Source: Edaphobacter aggregans
GTDB taxonomy: Bacteria > Acidobacteriota > Terriglobia > Terriglobales > Acidobacteriaceae
Reading direction: 5' to 3'
Assembly: GCF_003945235.1 (NCBI RefSeq)
Contig: NZ_RSDW01000001.1
Span: forward strand, 3,840,001-3,872,000
DNA: 32,000 nt
The notes below the pieces were generated by a model. The model made no database searches. It was not told the DNA's origin and worked only from the letters and a program-made list of their open reading frames with translations. Both the position numbers and the translations under genes were made by a program. Below, in pieces: positions 1 to 10,428 of this stretch (within the stretch, counting starts at the first letter, position 1; each line of letters opens with the position of its first letter).

Positions 1-267
1 AATCCGGAGTTTTCGTACAGGATTGAGGTCAGGAATGCGGAGGGCCGGGCGGTGGAGGAGACAGCCTATGCTCGCGGGGTGCGGCAGAGCGAGGTCAACA
101 CGGTGGACTATGTTCAGCCGGGGGGAATCGCGGTGCAGACGGCGCATCTTGCGAAGCTGGTTAATTTGAGGCGGCCGGGACGGTATACGGTGCAGGTGTC
201 GCGCAAGGATGCGAAGACCGGTGCGATGGTTCGGTCGAATGAGATTACGCTGAATATTGTTCCTTGA
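1..267 (+). CDS. hypothetical protein, C-terminal fragment (gene starts upstream of window)
   Basis: Frame 1 is open from base 1 to the TGA at 265-267, so the listed 52..267 ORF is only the tail of a longer gene. G/T-ending codon bias matches neighbouring + strand genes. No family recognised. Confidence 0.45.
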   Translation, partial: NPEFSYRIEVRNAEGRAVEETAYARGVRQSEVNTVDYVQPGGIAVQTAHLAKLVNLRRPGRYTVQVSRKDAKTGAMVRSNEITLNIVP

Positions 268-314
268 GGCTGGCGTTCGCTTGCGGTGGGTGACAATGGT
301 GTGGGGAAGGTGCG

Positions 315-863
315 ATGGCGTTTGTGAGGGCTAAGAAAAAAGAACCGCTGGGGGAGCGGGAGTTGTTTGAGTATGCGGTGGGCGCGCTGTCTCGGCGGAT
401 GCGAACGGTGAGGGATCTGCGGCGTTTGATGAGGGCTCGCGCGGAGGAGGGTGAGGCGGGGGAGCAGGCTATGGATGCGGTGGTGGCTCGGCTGAAGGAA
501 CTGAAGTATCTGAGCGACACGCGGTTTGCGGCGGACTATACGCGGCTTCGTAAAGAGAACGAGAAGTATGGGCGGCGGCGGGTGCAGCAGGATCTGGCGC
601 AGAAGGGTGTGCAGAAGGAGTTGATTGCGACGACTCTGACGAAGGCGTATGAGGATGTCGATGAGGTGGCGCTGGCGCGGGAGTACATTGCGCGGAAGAG
701 GATGAAGAAGCCGAGCGGGGAGAATGCTCAGAAGGAGACGGCGCGGGCGATGGGGCGGCTGATGCGGGCGGGGTTTTCGGCGGGGGCGATTTATAAGGTG
801 CTGCGGGAGTGGGATGTCGAGGTGGATGAGGTGGAGGAGCCGATTTTGGAGGATGAGGGTTAG
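315..863 (+). CDS. recX: RecX-family regulatory protein
   Basis: 182 aa, ATG preceded by GAAGG. Sequence has the typical RecX repeated three-helix organisation (ELFEYAVGALSRRMRTVRDLRRLM..., AMDAVVARLKELKYLSDTRFAADYTR..., YGRRRVQQDLAQKGV..., ETARAMGRLMRAGFSAGAIYKVL). Confidence 0.8.
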   Translation: MAFVRAKKKEPLGERELFEYAVGALSRRMRTVRDLRRLMRARAEEGEAGEQAMDAVVARLKELKYLSDTRFAADYTRLRKENEKYGRRRVQQDLAQKGVQKELIATTLTKAYEDVDEVALAREYIARKRMKKPSGENAQKETARAMGRLMRAGFSAGAIYKVLREWDVEVDEVEEPILEDEG

Positions 864-903
864 TTTGTGCAGGCTTTCCAGAGTGGGATGTTGCTGTGTG
901 TGC

Positions 904-1350
904 TCATTGATGGGTGGCTAGAAGGAAGCAGACAAATGCGACGATGAGTGCGGCTACGCGGAGGCGGTGAAGGGTGTCCCATTTTTTGTGCTCGCGGCGG
1001 GCTCCTTCAGGAAATGAGTCGGGGGTTAGGCGGGCCATTCGATTGTTGATGGGCACGAGGAAGAGCAGCGTGACAAGAATCACGATGGCCCAGATGATGC
1101 TGGCGGCGATGAGTAGGACGAAGCCGGGTTCATGATGCCGGAGAAGGGTTTCGAGGCCGAGGAGGAGAAGGCTTACCGCGTACCAGAAAGGCATTGCGGT
1201 GCCGAGTCTTTCGGCGAACAGGCGAACCGCTGTGGCTTGGGCGCGATCGTCGAGCTTCCACACGATCGGGTTGATGAAGGCGGAGACGGCGAACTCGGTG
1301 CCGATTAATAGCCCTATGCAAACAGTGACGGCGATATCCAGAAAAGGCAT
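904..1350 (-). CDS. DUF1772-family integral membrane protein
   Basis: 148 aa with 4 predicted TM helices. N-terminal GTEFAVSAFINP and central VPINNRM segments are characteristic of DUF1772 (anthrone-oxygenase-like) proteins. AGGAG lies 7 nt upstream of the ATG at 1350. Confidence 0.7.
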   Translation of the reverse strand: MPFLDIAVTVCIGLLIGTEFAVSAFINPIVWKLDDRAQATAVRLFAERLGTAMPFWYAVSLLLLGLETLLRHHEPGFVLLIAASIIWAIVILVTLLFLVPINNRMARLTPDSFPEGARREHKKWDTLHRLRVAALIVAFVCFLLATHQ

Positions 1351-1420
1351 TCACTGACTCCTGCGTATCAGATGCGAGCGGATCGCAATGCTGTCGGAAT
1401 GATTGCAACCGGCAGTGCTT

Positions 1421-1612
1421 CTAAATGGCGCGGATCATGCGTGCGGGAAGGTAGAAGAGTGCGGCGATGAGCTCGAATGTGCCGCCTACGACGAGGCCAA
1501 GGAGGCGGAACGGCAGCAGAATGAGCCAGATCAAGGGATAGAGGATGACCGCGGCAATCGCGACGGGCCAGCAGACGACCAGCAGGAGACAGAAGATCAG
1601 GAACTTCAGCAT
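1421..1612 (-). CDS. small two-TM membrane protein (63 aa)
   Basis: Internal ATG at 1612 of the 210-aa minus ORF is preceded by AAGGAG (reverse complement of 1619-1624). Product MLKFLIFCLLLVVCWPVAIAAVILYPLIWLILLPFRLLGLVVGGTFELIAALFYLPARMIRAI is strongly hydrophobic. The rest of the 210-aa ORF is Pro/Arg-rich antisense noise. Confidence 0.6.
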   Translation of the reverse strand: MLKFLIFCLLLVVCWPVAIAAVILYPLIWLILLPFRLLGLVVGGTFELIAALFYLPARMIRAI

Positions 1613-1684
1613 CGGGGTACTTCTCCTTATGGAAAGGATACGACGGTGCGGCGGAAAAGTTCCGTCGAGTGGGATGATGGTGGG

Positions 1685-2617
1685 ATGGGAGAGTCGGGGT
1701 TGGAGCGTGTGGTGGCGGTGGACTGGAGCGGCAGGGTGGATGCCGCGGGGCAGCGAAGGCATATCTGGGCAGGGGTTTGGACGGCTTCGGGATCGGGTGG
1801 AGTGTTTTCGCTGGAGGCTGGACGGACTCGTGAGGAACTGATTGGGTGGCTGATTGAGATGGCGCGGGAGACTCCGCGGATGGTGGTGAGTGTGGATTGC
1901 TGCTTCAGTTTTCCGGCCTGGTTTTTGGAAGAGCATGGGTGTGGGACGGTGTTCGAGTTCTGGCGAAGGGTGGCGGCGGGGCAGGGCGAGCGGTGGCTGG
2001 CGCGGGAGTGCGAAGAGGTGGCGCGGGATGAGCGCTTCTGGGGTGCTCCGCATAAGAGGCCGGAGCAGTTTTGCGGGCCGGGGCTGGCGCGGTCGATGCG
2101 GTCTACTGATATGGAGAACAAGATCACGCCGAAGATGCTGGAGGGCGATCCGGAGCGAGCGGCGAAGGTGAAGGGGATCACGCCGAAGTCGCCGTTTCAG
2201 ATTGGTGGGAGCGGGAGTGTCGGGACCGGGTCGTTGAGGGCGATGCCGTTTTTGCTGGCTCTGTGGGAGGCTGGGTTCACGGTTTGGCCATTTGAGTCTT
2301 CCGGGCTCGGTGATACAAAGCCGAAACCGCTACTAGTCGAGATGTATACGCGACTGATGACGGGGGCCGTGGCGAAGAGTAATGAGGTTGCGCGGCGGGC
2401 TTATCTGGTAGCGAAGAAGAAGAGCGATGCCGCTTATGCGGAACTAGGACGCGGCGTACTGGCGAAGGCTTATGCGAGTGAGGATGCTTTCGATGCGTTG
2501 GTGAGTGTGGTGGAGATGGTGCGGTATAGAGAGGAGTTTGCGGGGTTGAAGGCTACAAAGGATAAGATGCTGTGGTTGGAAGGAATTACATGGCGGCCGG
2601 GGATAGGGACGGAATAA
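1685..2617 (+). CDS. hypothetical protein, possibly RNase-H-like fold (DUF429-like); tentative
   Basis: Start set at ATG 1685 (MGESGLERVVAVDWSGR...) because the upstream 94 codons of the 404-aa ORF are antisense to the small membrane gene. The N-terminal VAVDWSG...IW motif resembles DUF429-type proteins, recalled from memory only. Start could also be GTG 1664. Confidence 0.5.
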   Translation: MGESGLERVVAVDWSGRVDAAGQRRHIWAGVWTASGSGGVFSLEAGRTREELIGWLIEMARETPRMVVSVDCCFSFPAWFLEEHGCGTVFEFWRRVAAGQGERWLARECEEVARDERFWGAPHKRPEQFCGPGLARSMRSTDMENKITPKMLEGDPERAAKVKGITPKSPFQIGGSGSVGTGSLRAMPFLLALWEAGFTVWPFESSGLGDTKPKPLLVEMYTRLMTGAVAKSNEVARRAYLVAKKKSDAAYAELGRGVLAKAYASEDAFDALVSVVEMVRYREEFAGLKATKDKMLWLEGITWRPGIGTE

Positions 2618-2628
2618 CACTGAAGACG

Positions 2629-3219
2629 ATGCAGGCAACAACGACGTGGACGATGGTGAGTCTGCGAGTGGTGCTGTGCCCGGTGATTGTGTGGGGAGCA
2701 CATGCAGGTTGGGATGGGCGCTGGCTGGGTTTGATCGTGCTGGTAGCCCTGATCGATGACATCTTCGACGGTGTGCTCGCTCGGCGATGGGCTTGCGACA
2801 CGCCCGCGTTGCGCCTTTCGGACACACTAGCGGACACGGTCTTTTACCTTGGAGTCGTGATAGCGCTATGGATGAGGGAGCCGCAGCTGCTGCGCGGGAA
2901 CTGGCAGTTGCTGGTAGCCCTGTTTGCGACCGAAGCGATGAGATATGGGTTCGACTTCTGGAAGTTCGGCAAGGGCGCAAGCTACCATACCTACCTGGCG
3001 AAGTGCTGGGGCCTGGTGATGGCGGTGGCAGTGATCGGAGTGCTGAGCTTCGGAGGCCTGCAGTGGTTAATTACGGTCTCGCTGGTTCTGGGGATTGCGT
3101 GCAACACGGAGGGTCTGGCCATGAGCGTGGTGTTGCCTCGATGGAAGAACGATGTGAAGACACTGGGCGCTGCATGGCGGCTTCGTAAAACGATGACCAA
3201 ACCCGCTACTGGGGTGTGA
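2629..3219 (+). CDS. CDP-alcohol phosphatidyltransferase family membrane protein
   Basis: DDIFDGVLARRWACDTPALRLSDTLAD nearly matches the family signature D-G-x2-A-R-x8-G-x3-D-x3-D (Leu in place of the Gly). Multiple TM helices. Start at ATG 2629 is just after the upstream stop (2615-2617); ATG 2653 is an alternative. Confidence 0.6.
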   Translation: MQATTTWTMVSLRVVLCPVIVWGAHAGWDGRWLGLIVLVALIDDIFDGVLARRWACDTPALRLSDTLADTVFYLGVVIALWMREPQLLRGNWQLLVALFATEAMRYGFDFWKFGKGASYHTYLAKCWGLVMAVAVIGVLSFGGLQWLITVSLVLGIACNTEGLAMSVVLPRWKNDVKTLGAAWRLRKTMTKPATGV

Positions 3220-4747
3220 TGGTAAGCGTCATGTGGTGCATATCGGAGTAGGTCAGGTTGAGTGTGTCGTTCGCCTCATAAAGTGTGGACTGCGCGATAG
3301 AAAAGTGCTTCTGATCCGCGTCGATGGTGACGGTAAGACCAGGGAGAGACCACTTGTTTGCTGTGATCTGGCTTAGTCCGGTGCCCTCGGTATGGATGCG
3401 CAAAATAAGCGTTCCGTCGGCAGTAATGCGGATGCCGGTCTTCGAGGCTTCGGCGTCGATCTTTGGCGATTGCGCGACGTAGAACCAGCCGATGCTGCCT
3501 GATGGGGTTCGCCACTGTGCGGTGACGGGATGGAATTGCGTGTCGGGAGGAGCGTCTTTGGTGAGGCTGGTGATCTGGCCTCCGTAGATGGCCTTGTTGC
3601 CTATCCATGCGGTGGCGGTGCGCTCGTCTGTGATGGTGCGGCGAACCTGATGCTCGCCGGAGAAGTGGCGGATCTGACGGAGGGCCGCAGCGGGAGGCTT
3701 CGCGCCGAGGATGGTGAGTTGCGGGGCGAACCAGAGGTCGGTGAGGTGGTCGGTGTGGGCGTCGGGAATGGGGAGTGGGGCTTTGTCAGCGGGGAGGAGC
3801 ATGCGCATCCAGACGCCGGTGAGGGCGACGTAGGTCTCCATGTCCATGCCGTAGGAGCGGTCGTAGGGGCCGGCGATGTTGCGCAGGTCAGGATGATAGA
3901 AGGCGGCGATGTCGGTCCAGAGCGTGGCTTCGATCTCGGAGCCGAGCTGGCGGATACGCGGGGTGGATCCGTAGGAGCGCCAGAGTGCGAGGCCGTAGAG
4001 ATCGACGCCGTAGTAGGTGGGTGAGTTGTATTCGTTGAAGGCGTTGTGCTGGCGGAAGAGGGTGGCGACGTTCTCGATCCATTCGGCGGACTTGCGTTTC
4101 CAGTCGGCGTTGTTGTCGTGGGTGGCGGCGAAGTCCCAGAGTGCGCCGTACATGAGAGCGATGTTGGAGTAAGAGGGGGTGAGGCGGCCGTGCTGCATCT
4201 CGCCTTCGATGGCGCGATCGATGGCGGCGTAGAGACGTTCGGCGAGGGTGGATGGGATGCGGTCCGGATACTCGATGAGGATCATCTGGAAGGTGGTGCC
4301 GATGAACTCGCGCCAGTTGGGGTCGTAGGTGCGCCAGATGGCGGCGGCGTCTGAGGGGGTTGGCTCTTCGGGGGAGCGGCGGAAGGTGCCGTGCCAGGCT
4401 TTGCCCTGGTCGGGGAACTGCTCGTTGAGGACGGCTTCGAGGGCGTCGACGGCACGCTGGCGGTCTCCGGGGGCATCTCGCGCGAGCAGGCCGAAGGCGT
4501 ACCAGCTGGTCTCTCGAACCATGTAGTGGTTGGGGGAGGCGTGTTCGCCGCGAACGGCGGGTGTGCGCAGGAGGTGCTCGGAGGTGTCCCAGAAGCTATC
4601 CATCGAGCTCATGGAGAGATCGAAGGTCTGGCGGGTGTTGGCGTCGAGCTGTGCAGGTGCAATGTGTCGCGGCGTGGCGGCGTGGAGAGCGGAGGTTAGT
4701 GTAAGCGCGGCGGTGGCGAGGATCGAGCAGAAGCGAAGAGAGATCAT
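3206..4747 (-). CDS. exported hypothetical protein (513 aa)
   Basis: Start at ATG 4747 ([23 protein letters not shown], a signal peptide) with AAGGAAA upstream. C-ending codon bias as in other minus-strand native genes. The listed 835-aa ORF's extra N-terminus is antisense to alaS. Helix-rich with many W/Y/F residues, possibly a glycan-active alpha/alpha-toroid, but unproven. Confidence 0.7.
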   Translation of the reverse strand: MISLRFCSILATAALTLTSALHAATPRHIAPAQLDANTRQTFDLSMSSMDSFWDTSEHLLRTPAVRGEHASPNHYMVRETSWYAFGLLARDAPGDRQRAVDALEAVLNEQFPDQGKAWHGTFRRSPEEPTPSDAAAIWRTYDPNWREFIGTTFQMILIEYPDRIPSTLAERLYAAIDRAIEGEMQHGRLTPSYSNIALMYGALWDFAATHDNNADWKRKSAEWIENVATLFRQHNAFNEYNSPTYYGVDLYGLALWRSYGSTPRIRQLGSEIEATLWTDIAAFYHPDLRNIAGPYDRSYGMDMETYVALTGVWMRMLLPADKAPLPIPDAHTDHLTDLWFAPQLTILGAKPPAAALRQIRHFSGEHQVRRTITDERTATAWIGNKAIYGGQITSLTKDAPPDTQFHPVTAQWRTPSGSIGWFYVAQSPKIDAEASKTGIRITADGTLILRIHTEGTGLSQITANKWSLPGLTVTIDADQKHFSIAQSTLYEANDTLNLTYSDMHHMTLTITPQ

Positions 4748-4867
4748 CGGTTTCCTTTGCTTTGGATGGTACATTTTTCGCCGAACTTGAGGCTTGATTT
4801 GCGTGGCTGTGTGGCCGGATGCCGCGCCCGCGCCGTGTGTCCGTTTGCGCTGGTAGACTTTAAGTCT

Positions 4868-7549
4868 ATGAACTATAGGTCGGGAAGCCAGATTCGGGAA
4901 GATTTTCTGCGGTTTTTTGAGGGCAAGGGGCATCGGAGGGTGCACTCTTCTTCGCTGGTGCCGGCGAATGATCCTACGCTGCTGTTTACCAATGCAGGGA
5001 TGAATCAATTTAAGGATGTCTTCCTGGGCGCGGAGAAGCGGGATTACTCGCGTGCGGCCAGCTCGCAGAAGTGCGTGCGTGCGGGTGGGAAGCACAATGA
5101 TCTGGAGAACGTCGGGTTTACGCGGCGGCACCATACCTTCTTCGAGATGCTGGGGAATTTCAGCTTTGGCGACTACTTCAAGAAGGATGCGATTGCGTTT
5201 GCGTGGGAGCTGCTGACTTCGAAGGAATGGTTCGGGATCGATCCTTCGCGACTGTATTGCACGATCTTTGAGGGTGATGAGGGTGTGCCGCGGGATGCGG
5301 AGGCTTATCAGTATTGGCTGGAGGTTGGGGTTCCGGCGGAGCGGATCTTTGAGCTGGGGGCGAAGGATAACTTTTGGGCGATGGGGGATACGGGGCCTTG
5401 CGGGCCTTGCAGCGAGATTTATTACGACCTTGGGGTGGAGGCGAGCGAGTTTGGGAAGGACCTGCCGTTTGGTGAGGATGAGCAGCGGTATGTCGAGATC
5501 TGGAATCTGGTGTTTATGCAGTTTGATCGCACCGTTACCGCATCGGGCCCGCTGCTGACTCCGTTGCCGAAGCCTTCGATTGATACGGGCATGGGGCTGG
5601 AGCGGATTGCTTGTGTGTTGCAGGGTGTGCTCAGCAACTTTGAGACGGATTTGTTTACTCCTCTTATTAAGAGAGCGGAGGAGTTGACGGGGCATAAGGT
5701 GGAGGCGGATCACGAGGTGGATGATCGGTCGCGGGCTTCGCTAAGGATTATTGCGGACCATGCTCGGGCGGCTACGTTTTTGATCTCGGATGGTGTGCTT
5801 CCGGCGAATGAAGGGCGTGGGTATGTGCTGCGGAAGATTTTGCGGCGCGGGATTCGGCATGGACGGCTGCTGGGGCAGGAGAAGCCGTTTATGCATGAGA
5901 TGGTGTTTGCAGTTCGGGATGAGATGGGTGTTGCTTATCCGGAGTTGAAGGAGTCTGCGGAGCGCGTGGCTAAGGTGGTGTTGGCGGAGGAGCAGCAGTT
6001 TGCTCGCACGCTGGAGCTTGGCCTGAAGCAGATGAATGAAGAGACGCTGCGGTCGGGTGCGCTGGCGTTTCGTTTGTACGAGACATTTGGGATGCCACTG
6101 GACTTTATGGTGGATGCAGCTCGTGATGCTGGAATTCCTTTTGATATGGCGGGATTTGAAGCTGCGAAGGAAGAGGAGCAGGCTCGGGCTCGGGCTTCGT
6201 GGAAGGGTGGGGCGCAGAAGTCGGCGGCTCCGGTTTATCGGGAGTTGGCGAAGACTGAGTTTGAAGGGTACTCGGCGCTGCGGGTAGATGGTGCGCGGGT
6301 GCTGGCTCTGGTGAAGGATGGCGTTGGTGTGCCGGAGTTGAAGGGTGGCGAGTTGGGTGAGGTTGTGCTCGACGCGACTAGCTTCTATGCGGACTCGGGT
6401 GGACAGGTTGGCGATGTGGGTTGGCTGTATTCGGAGGATCACAACTCTGTTGTCGCTGAGGTGAGTGGTGCGACCAAGCCGGTGCAGGGTGTGTTTGCGC
6501 ATAAGGTGAGGGCGAATCAGACGATTGCTGTGGGGGATACGGTCGATACGGTTGTCGATGCGACGAATCGGCTGGCAACGGAGAGGAACCATACGGGGAC
6601 GCATTTGTTGCATGCGGCGTTGCGTGAGGTTCTGGGCAAGCATGTGAAGCAGGCGGGATCGCTGGTGGATGCTTCGCGGCTACGGTTCGATTTCTCGCAC
6701 TTTACGAGTGTGGCGGAAGAAGAGTTGCAGGAGATCGAGAACATTGTGAACGGCCAGGTGCTTGCGAATACGAAGGTCGAGACGATGGTGGATGTGCCGA
6801 TTGATATTGCGGTGAATGAGTTGGGCGCGATGGCTCTGTTTGGCGAGAAGTATGGCGAGCGCGTGAGGGTTGTGAAGATCGGGGACTTCTCGACGGAGCT
6901 TTGCGGTGGAACGCATACGGGGGCTACCGGGGAGATTGGTTTGATCAAGCTTGTGGGCGAAGGGTCTGTGTCTAGCGGCGTTCGGCGTGTCGAAGCTGTG
7001 AGTGGCACGGGGGCGTTGAGTGAGTTCCGGCGCGGGTTTGATGTGGCTCGTGTGGTGGGGCAGCTGGTGGGAGCGACGGATGTTGCTCCGGCGGATGCTC
7101 TGCGGCACAGGATCGCGGCGCAGGAAGAAGAGATGAAGAAGCTGCGGCGGGAGCTGGATCAGGTTCGGATGAAGGCGGCGTCTTCTTCGGTTGCTGATGC
7201 TGCTGGTTCGGCTGTTGATGTGAAGGGTGTGAAGGTGTTGGCGCAGCGGGTGGATGGCGTTGAGAAGTCGCAGATGCGGGAGCTGGTGGATCAGCTTCGC
7301 GGGAAGCTGGGTTCGGGTGTGGTTGTGCTTGGGGCCGCGGCGGATGGAAAGGTTGCGCTGATTGTTGGCGTGACAAAGGATCTTACTTCGCGGGTGCAGG
7401 CTGGGAAGGTTGTCGGGCAGCTTGCCGCGCTGGTTGGAGGCAAGGGTGGTGGACGGCCTGATCTGGCAGAGGCTGGTGGCAGTGATGCCGGGGCTCTCGA
7501 CGGAGCTTTGACTAAGGCTGCGGGTGTGGTGGAGGGGCTGTTGTCTTAG
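4868..7549 (+). CDS. alaS: alanine--tRNA ligase
   Basis: Start [22 protein letters not shown]. Class II motifs [29 protein letters not shown] and [15 protein letters not shown]. Editing domain [12 protein letters not shown]...CGGTH. C-terminal DHHA1-like [15 protein letters not shown]. Confidence 0.97.
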   Translation: MNYRSGSQIREDFLRFFEGKGHRRVHSSSLVPANDPTLLFTNAGMNQFKDVFLGAEKRDYSRAASSQKCVRAGGKHNDLENVGFTRRHHTFFEMLGNFSFGDYFKKDAIAFAWELLTSKEWFGIDPSRLYCTIFEGDEGVPRDAEAYQYWLEVGVPAERIFELGAKDNFWAMGDTGPCGPCSEIYYDLGVEASEFGKDLPFGEDEQRYVEIWNLVFMQFDRTVTASGPLLTPLPKPSIDTGMGLERIACVLQGVLSNFETDLFTPLIKRAEELTGHKVEADHEVDDRSRASLRIIADHARAATFLISDGVLPANEGRGYVLRKILRRGIRHGRLLGQEKPFMHEMVFAVRDEMGVAYPELKESAERVAKVVLAEEQQFARTLELGLKQMNEETLRSGALAFRLYETFGMPLDFMVDAARDAGIPFDMAGFEAAKEEEQARARASWKGGAQKSAAPVYRELAKTEFEGYSALRVDGARVLALVKDGVGVPELKGGELGEVVLDATSFYADSGGQVGDVGWLYSEDHNSVVAEVSGATKPVQGVFAHKVRANQTIAVGDTVDTVVDATNRLATERNHTGTHLLHAALREVLGKHVKQAGSLVDASRLRFDFSHFTSVAEEELQEIENIVNGQVLANTKVETMVDVPIDIAVNELGAMALFGEKYGERVRVVKIGDFSTELCGGTHTGATGEIGLIKLVGEGSVSSGVRRVEAVSGTGALSEFRRGFDVARVVGQLVGATDVAPADALRHRIAAQEEEMKKLRRELDQVRMKAASSSVADAAGSAVDVKGVKVLAQRVDGVEKSQMRELVDQLRGKLGSGVVVLGAAADGKVALIVGVTKDLTSRVQAGKVVGQLAALVGGKGGGRPDLAEAGGSDAGALDGALTKAAGVVEGLLS

Positions 7550-7897
7550 CGGATTTGCTTTGGAGCAGAGTCGTTGGAAGGTATAGGCAGTCGTAACGGC
7601 AACGATTCAGTCGTTGCGTCCTGCGGGCTTCACTCCGGTTCTTCGACTTCGCTCGGGGCAGAGCGGTGGCTGCTTCGCGGTGGGTTTTAGACGCGGGGCT
7701 TAAGCCTCAGCTCGATCTTAGAAGCAACCGCAAACTGCAACGACAATGCAAATACGGGCTTTCGCTTCGCGAAGTGTGGGCAGGTGGAGATAAACACCCA
7801 ACGGTAAATGAGTTGCTACATCTTTGGTGGGGGTATCGGGGGGAGTACCGGGTGGGTTTTCACAGTCGGGATGAGGAGCGGGGACTCTTAAACTGGG

Positions 7898-10297
7898 GTG
7901 GCGATGATCGTGTGCAAGACAATGCGAGGACGATGGGTGTGGTGCGCCGTTTGCGCGGCCGGGTTGGGTTGTGGGGTTGCGCTGGGGGCCATGCAGGCCA
8001 AGGCTAAAGGCTCTTCGGGGCAGAGGCGCGTCGCTGAGATGTCTCCGTGGGAGCAGGCTACGCAGGGGCGCGAGGCGCTGGAGGCTATTCCTGACGGTTC
8101 GCGGACGAAGGCGGACTACGCGCGCGCGATGGATGGGTACAGGGCGATCTATCATGAGACTCCGCAGAGCCAGTATGCGGCGGCTTCGGTGAATGCGGTT
8201 GCGGAGCTGCTCGCCGAGCAGGGGCGAGGGTTGCAGGATGCGAAGAGCTTGAAAGCTGCGGTGGGGCAGTATGAGTTTTTGCGGACGCAGTATCCGGGGA
8301 GTTCGCTGCGGGTGGGCGCGCTGCTGGCCGAGGCTCAGATTTATGAGAACGATCTGCATGATGCGACGGCCGCGAAGGAGAAGTATGCGCTGCTGGTGAA
8401 GCAGTATCCGCGAAGCTCGCAAGCGGAGGAGGCTCGGGCGGGACTGGATTCTTTAGAGCAGGGAACAGGGAGTAGAGAAGAGGGAATAGCGGATAAACAG
8501 CAGAGGCCAGGACAGAGCGCGGCTGCTGCGAGTGCGGAAGATAAGGCTGGAGCGAGTTCGTTTGCGCCTATGCCAGTGACTCGGAGTGCTGGCTTACCCG
8601 CTGCACAGAATCGAGCGGCGGTCGTGGGGCCGAGCGCAGGCGATTCGGCTGCCGCTTCGTCTGCGAAGGTGGCTTCGGGGAACACTTCGAATGATGCGGA
8701 TGCAGCAGAGCGGCGAGGGACTTCGAATCCGATGGATGAGGCTTCGGATGGCGCGGAACAGAATGCGGTGGTAGGGCTTTCGCATGTGGCGAAGAACGCT
8801 GGTGGGAAGCGCAAGGGGTTTGCGCAGGTGACGGGGATTCGGCACTGGTCGACGCCGAACTATACGCGGGTGGCGATCGACCTGGGCGACGATGTGACGT
8901 ATGAGGCGGCGCGGGTTCCGCATCCGGACCGCATCTATTTTGATCTGCATGGGACGCGGCTGGCGCAGGAGTTGGTGGGGAAGAGCTTTGCGGTTACGGA
9001 CGATGGCTTTTTGAAGAAGATTCGTGCGGCACAGTTTTCGAACGATGTGACGCGGGTTGTGCTGGATGTGAATGATGTGACGGAGTACTCGGCGTTTTTA
9101 CTGCCGAATCCTTACCGGCTGATTATTGATATTCATGGTGGGACTCCGCTGCAGGCGGGAGCGAGTAAAGATCAGACGGCGGGCTCGCAGGCGACGAATG
9201 CTGATGAGGTTCCGGCTCCTCGGACGGCGGCTGCGGGAAAGACTGCGCCGGGGCGGCCGGTTCCGAATACGGTGGCGACGAGGAATGCAAGCACGGCGAT
9301 CGATGTTGCGGCGTTGAGTGATCAGCCCGGCAAGGTGGAGGCGACGAGTGTACCGACCTCGCGGCCAATTGCAGCGGTAGTTCCGGAAACAGGGGGCAGG
9401 GAAGAGGGAGTAGGGAGTAGTAAGCAGACTGCTGATGTCGCGGCTACTCCGACTGCGGGTTCGGGTTCTAGTTTGAGTTCGCGGAAGGGGAAGAAGGGTG
9501 CGGCTGTGGTTGATCCGGCGGCTCCAGCTCGGGCTGCAGTGCCTACGGCGGATGGTGAGACGTCGCTGGTGCGGGCGCTGGGGTTGAAGATTGGGCGTAT
9601 CGTGATCGATGCCGGGCATGGTGGGCACGACTCGGGCACGCTGGGTGTCGACGGGTTAGAAGAGAAGGACGTTGTGCTGGATGTCGCGCTGCGGCTGGGA
9701 AAGATACTGCATGATCGGCTAGGCGCGGAGATTATTTACACGCGGTCGGATGATACGTTCATTCCGCTGGAGACGCGGACGGCGATTGCTAATAAGTCGC
9801 AGGCGGATTTGTTTTTGAGTATTCACGCGAACTCGTCGAGTGACGCGAGCGCGCGTGGAGTGGAGACTTACTATCTGAACTTTACGTCGCAGCCGGATGC
9901 TTTGGAGGTTGCGGCTCGTGAGAATGCGGTGAGCGATCAGTCGATCCATCAGCTGAGCGATTTGGTGAAGAAGATTGCGCTGAAGGAGAAGATCGATGAG
10001 TCGAGGGAGTTCGCGAGCGATGTGGAGACGAGTCTGTATGGCGGGTTGCAGAAGGGCAATGCGGGGCTGAAGAATCGCGGGGTGAAGAAGGCTCCGTTTG
10101 TCGTGCTGATTGGTGCGAATATGCCTTCGATCCTGGCGGAGATTTCGTTTGTGACGAATCCAAAGGATGCGAGGCAGTTGCGTCAGACTGATTATCGTCA
10201 GCGGGTGGCGGAGAGTTTGTACAAGGGTGTCGCGAAGTATGCGGGTGGGTTGAGTGGGGCGAAGGTTTCGTCGGAGCGGGCGAGCAACGACAAATAG
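7898..10297 (+). CDS. N-acetylmuramoyl-L-alanine amidase (TPR-like N-domain + AMIN domain + Amidase_3 domain)
   Basis: C-terminal IVIDAGHGGHDSG...LFLSIHANSS...GVETYYLN...KAPFVVLIGANMPSILAEISFVTNP is an Amidase_3 catalytic domain. Central VTGIRHWSTPNYTRVAIDL...YRLIIDIHG is an AMIN domain. The N-terminus has a signal peptide and TPR/YbgF-like helices. Start is GTG 7898, ATG 7904 or ATG 7922. Confidence 0.9.
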   Translation: MAMIVCKTMRGRWVWCAVCAAGLGCGVALGAMQAKAKGSSGQRRVAEMSPWEQATQGREALEAIPDGSRTKADYARAMDGYRAIYHETPQSQYAAASVNAVAELLAEQGRGLQDAKSLKAAVGQYEFLRTQYPGSSLRVGALLAEAQIYENDLHDATAAKEKYALLVKQYPRSSQAEEARAGLDSLEQGTGSREEGIADKQQRPGQSAAAASAEDKAGASSFAPMPVTRSAGLPAAQNRAAVVGPSAGDSAAASSAKVASGNTSNDADAAERRGTSNPMDEASDGAEQNAVVGLSHVAKNAGGKRKGFAQVTGIRHWSTPNYTRVAIDLGDDVTYEAARVPHPDRIYFDLHGTRLAQELVGKSFAVTDDGFLKKIRAAQFSNDVTRVVLDVNDVTEYSAFLLPNPYRLIIDIHGGTPLQAGASKDQTAGSQATNADEVPAPRTAAAGKTAPGRPVPNTVATRNASTAIDVAALSDQPGKVEATSVPTSRPIAAVVPETGGREEGVGSSKQTADVAATPTAGSGSSLSSRKGKKGAAVVDPAAPARAAVPTADGETSLVRALGLKIGRIVIDAGHGGHDSGTLGVDGLEEKDVVLDVALRLGKILHDRLGAEIIYTRSDDTFIPLETRTAIANKSQADLFLSIHANSSSDASARGVETYYLNFTSQPDALEVAARENAVSDQSIHQLSDLVKKIALKEKIDESREFASDVETSLYGGLQKGNAGLKNRGVKKAPFVVLIGANMPSILAEISFVTNPKDARQLRQTDYRQRVAESLYKGVAKYAGGLSGAKVSSERASNDK

Positions 10298-10428
10298 AGC
10301 TGGCTTAGAATGCTCGGCAGCATGGTCACCCGCGATCTTGTTTCTCTAGGAAATCCGAACGAAACAGTTCTGAAAAATTATGTCGAGCGAAAGCTGACCT
10401 TGGCCGTCTGTCTGCATAGAAGGGACTT

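Noticed and set aside
1403-1684. First 94 codons of the 404-aa + ORF.
   Set aside because: This highly acidic, low-complexity stretch is the antisense of the RBS-supported 63-aa membrane protein gene. The + strand start was moved to 1685.
4748-5713. N-terminal 322 aa of the 835-aa minus-strand ORF (3206..5713).
   Set aside because: It is antisense to alaS and Arg/Pro/Leu/Gln-rich. The real gene starts at ATG 4747, which has an RBS and a signal peptide.
5741-6643. 300-aa minus-strand ORF inside alaS, with similar long antisense ORFs at 12686..13528 inside the MFS gene and 17947..18936 inside GH28.
   Set aside because: All are Arg/His/Pro/Gln-rich and low complexity, have no RBS, and are fully antisense to confidently identified genes. 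They are an expected artefact of high GC and strand skew.
7550-7897. 350-bp gap after alaS with ORFs 7666..8007 (+) and 7718..8422 (-). I also looked here for an ncRNA.
   Set aside because: The ORFs have implausible composition and overlap the amidase start. I could not recognise any known RNA family or a convincing stable structure, only short 5-6 bp palindromes.
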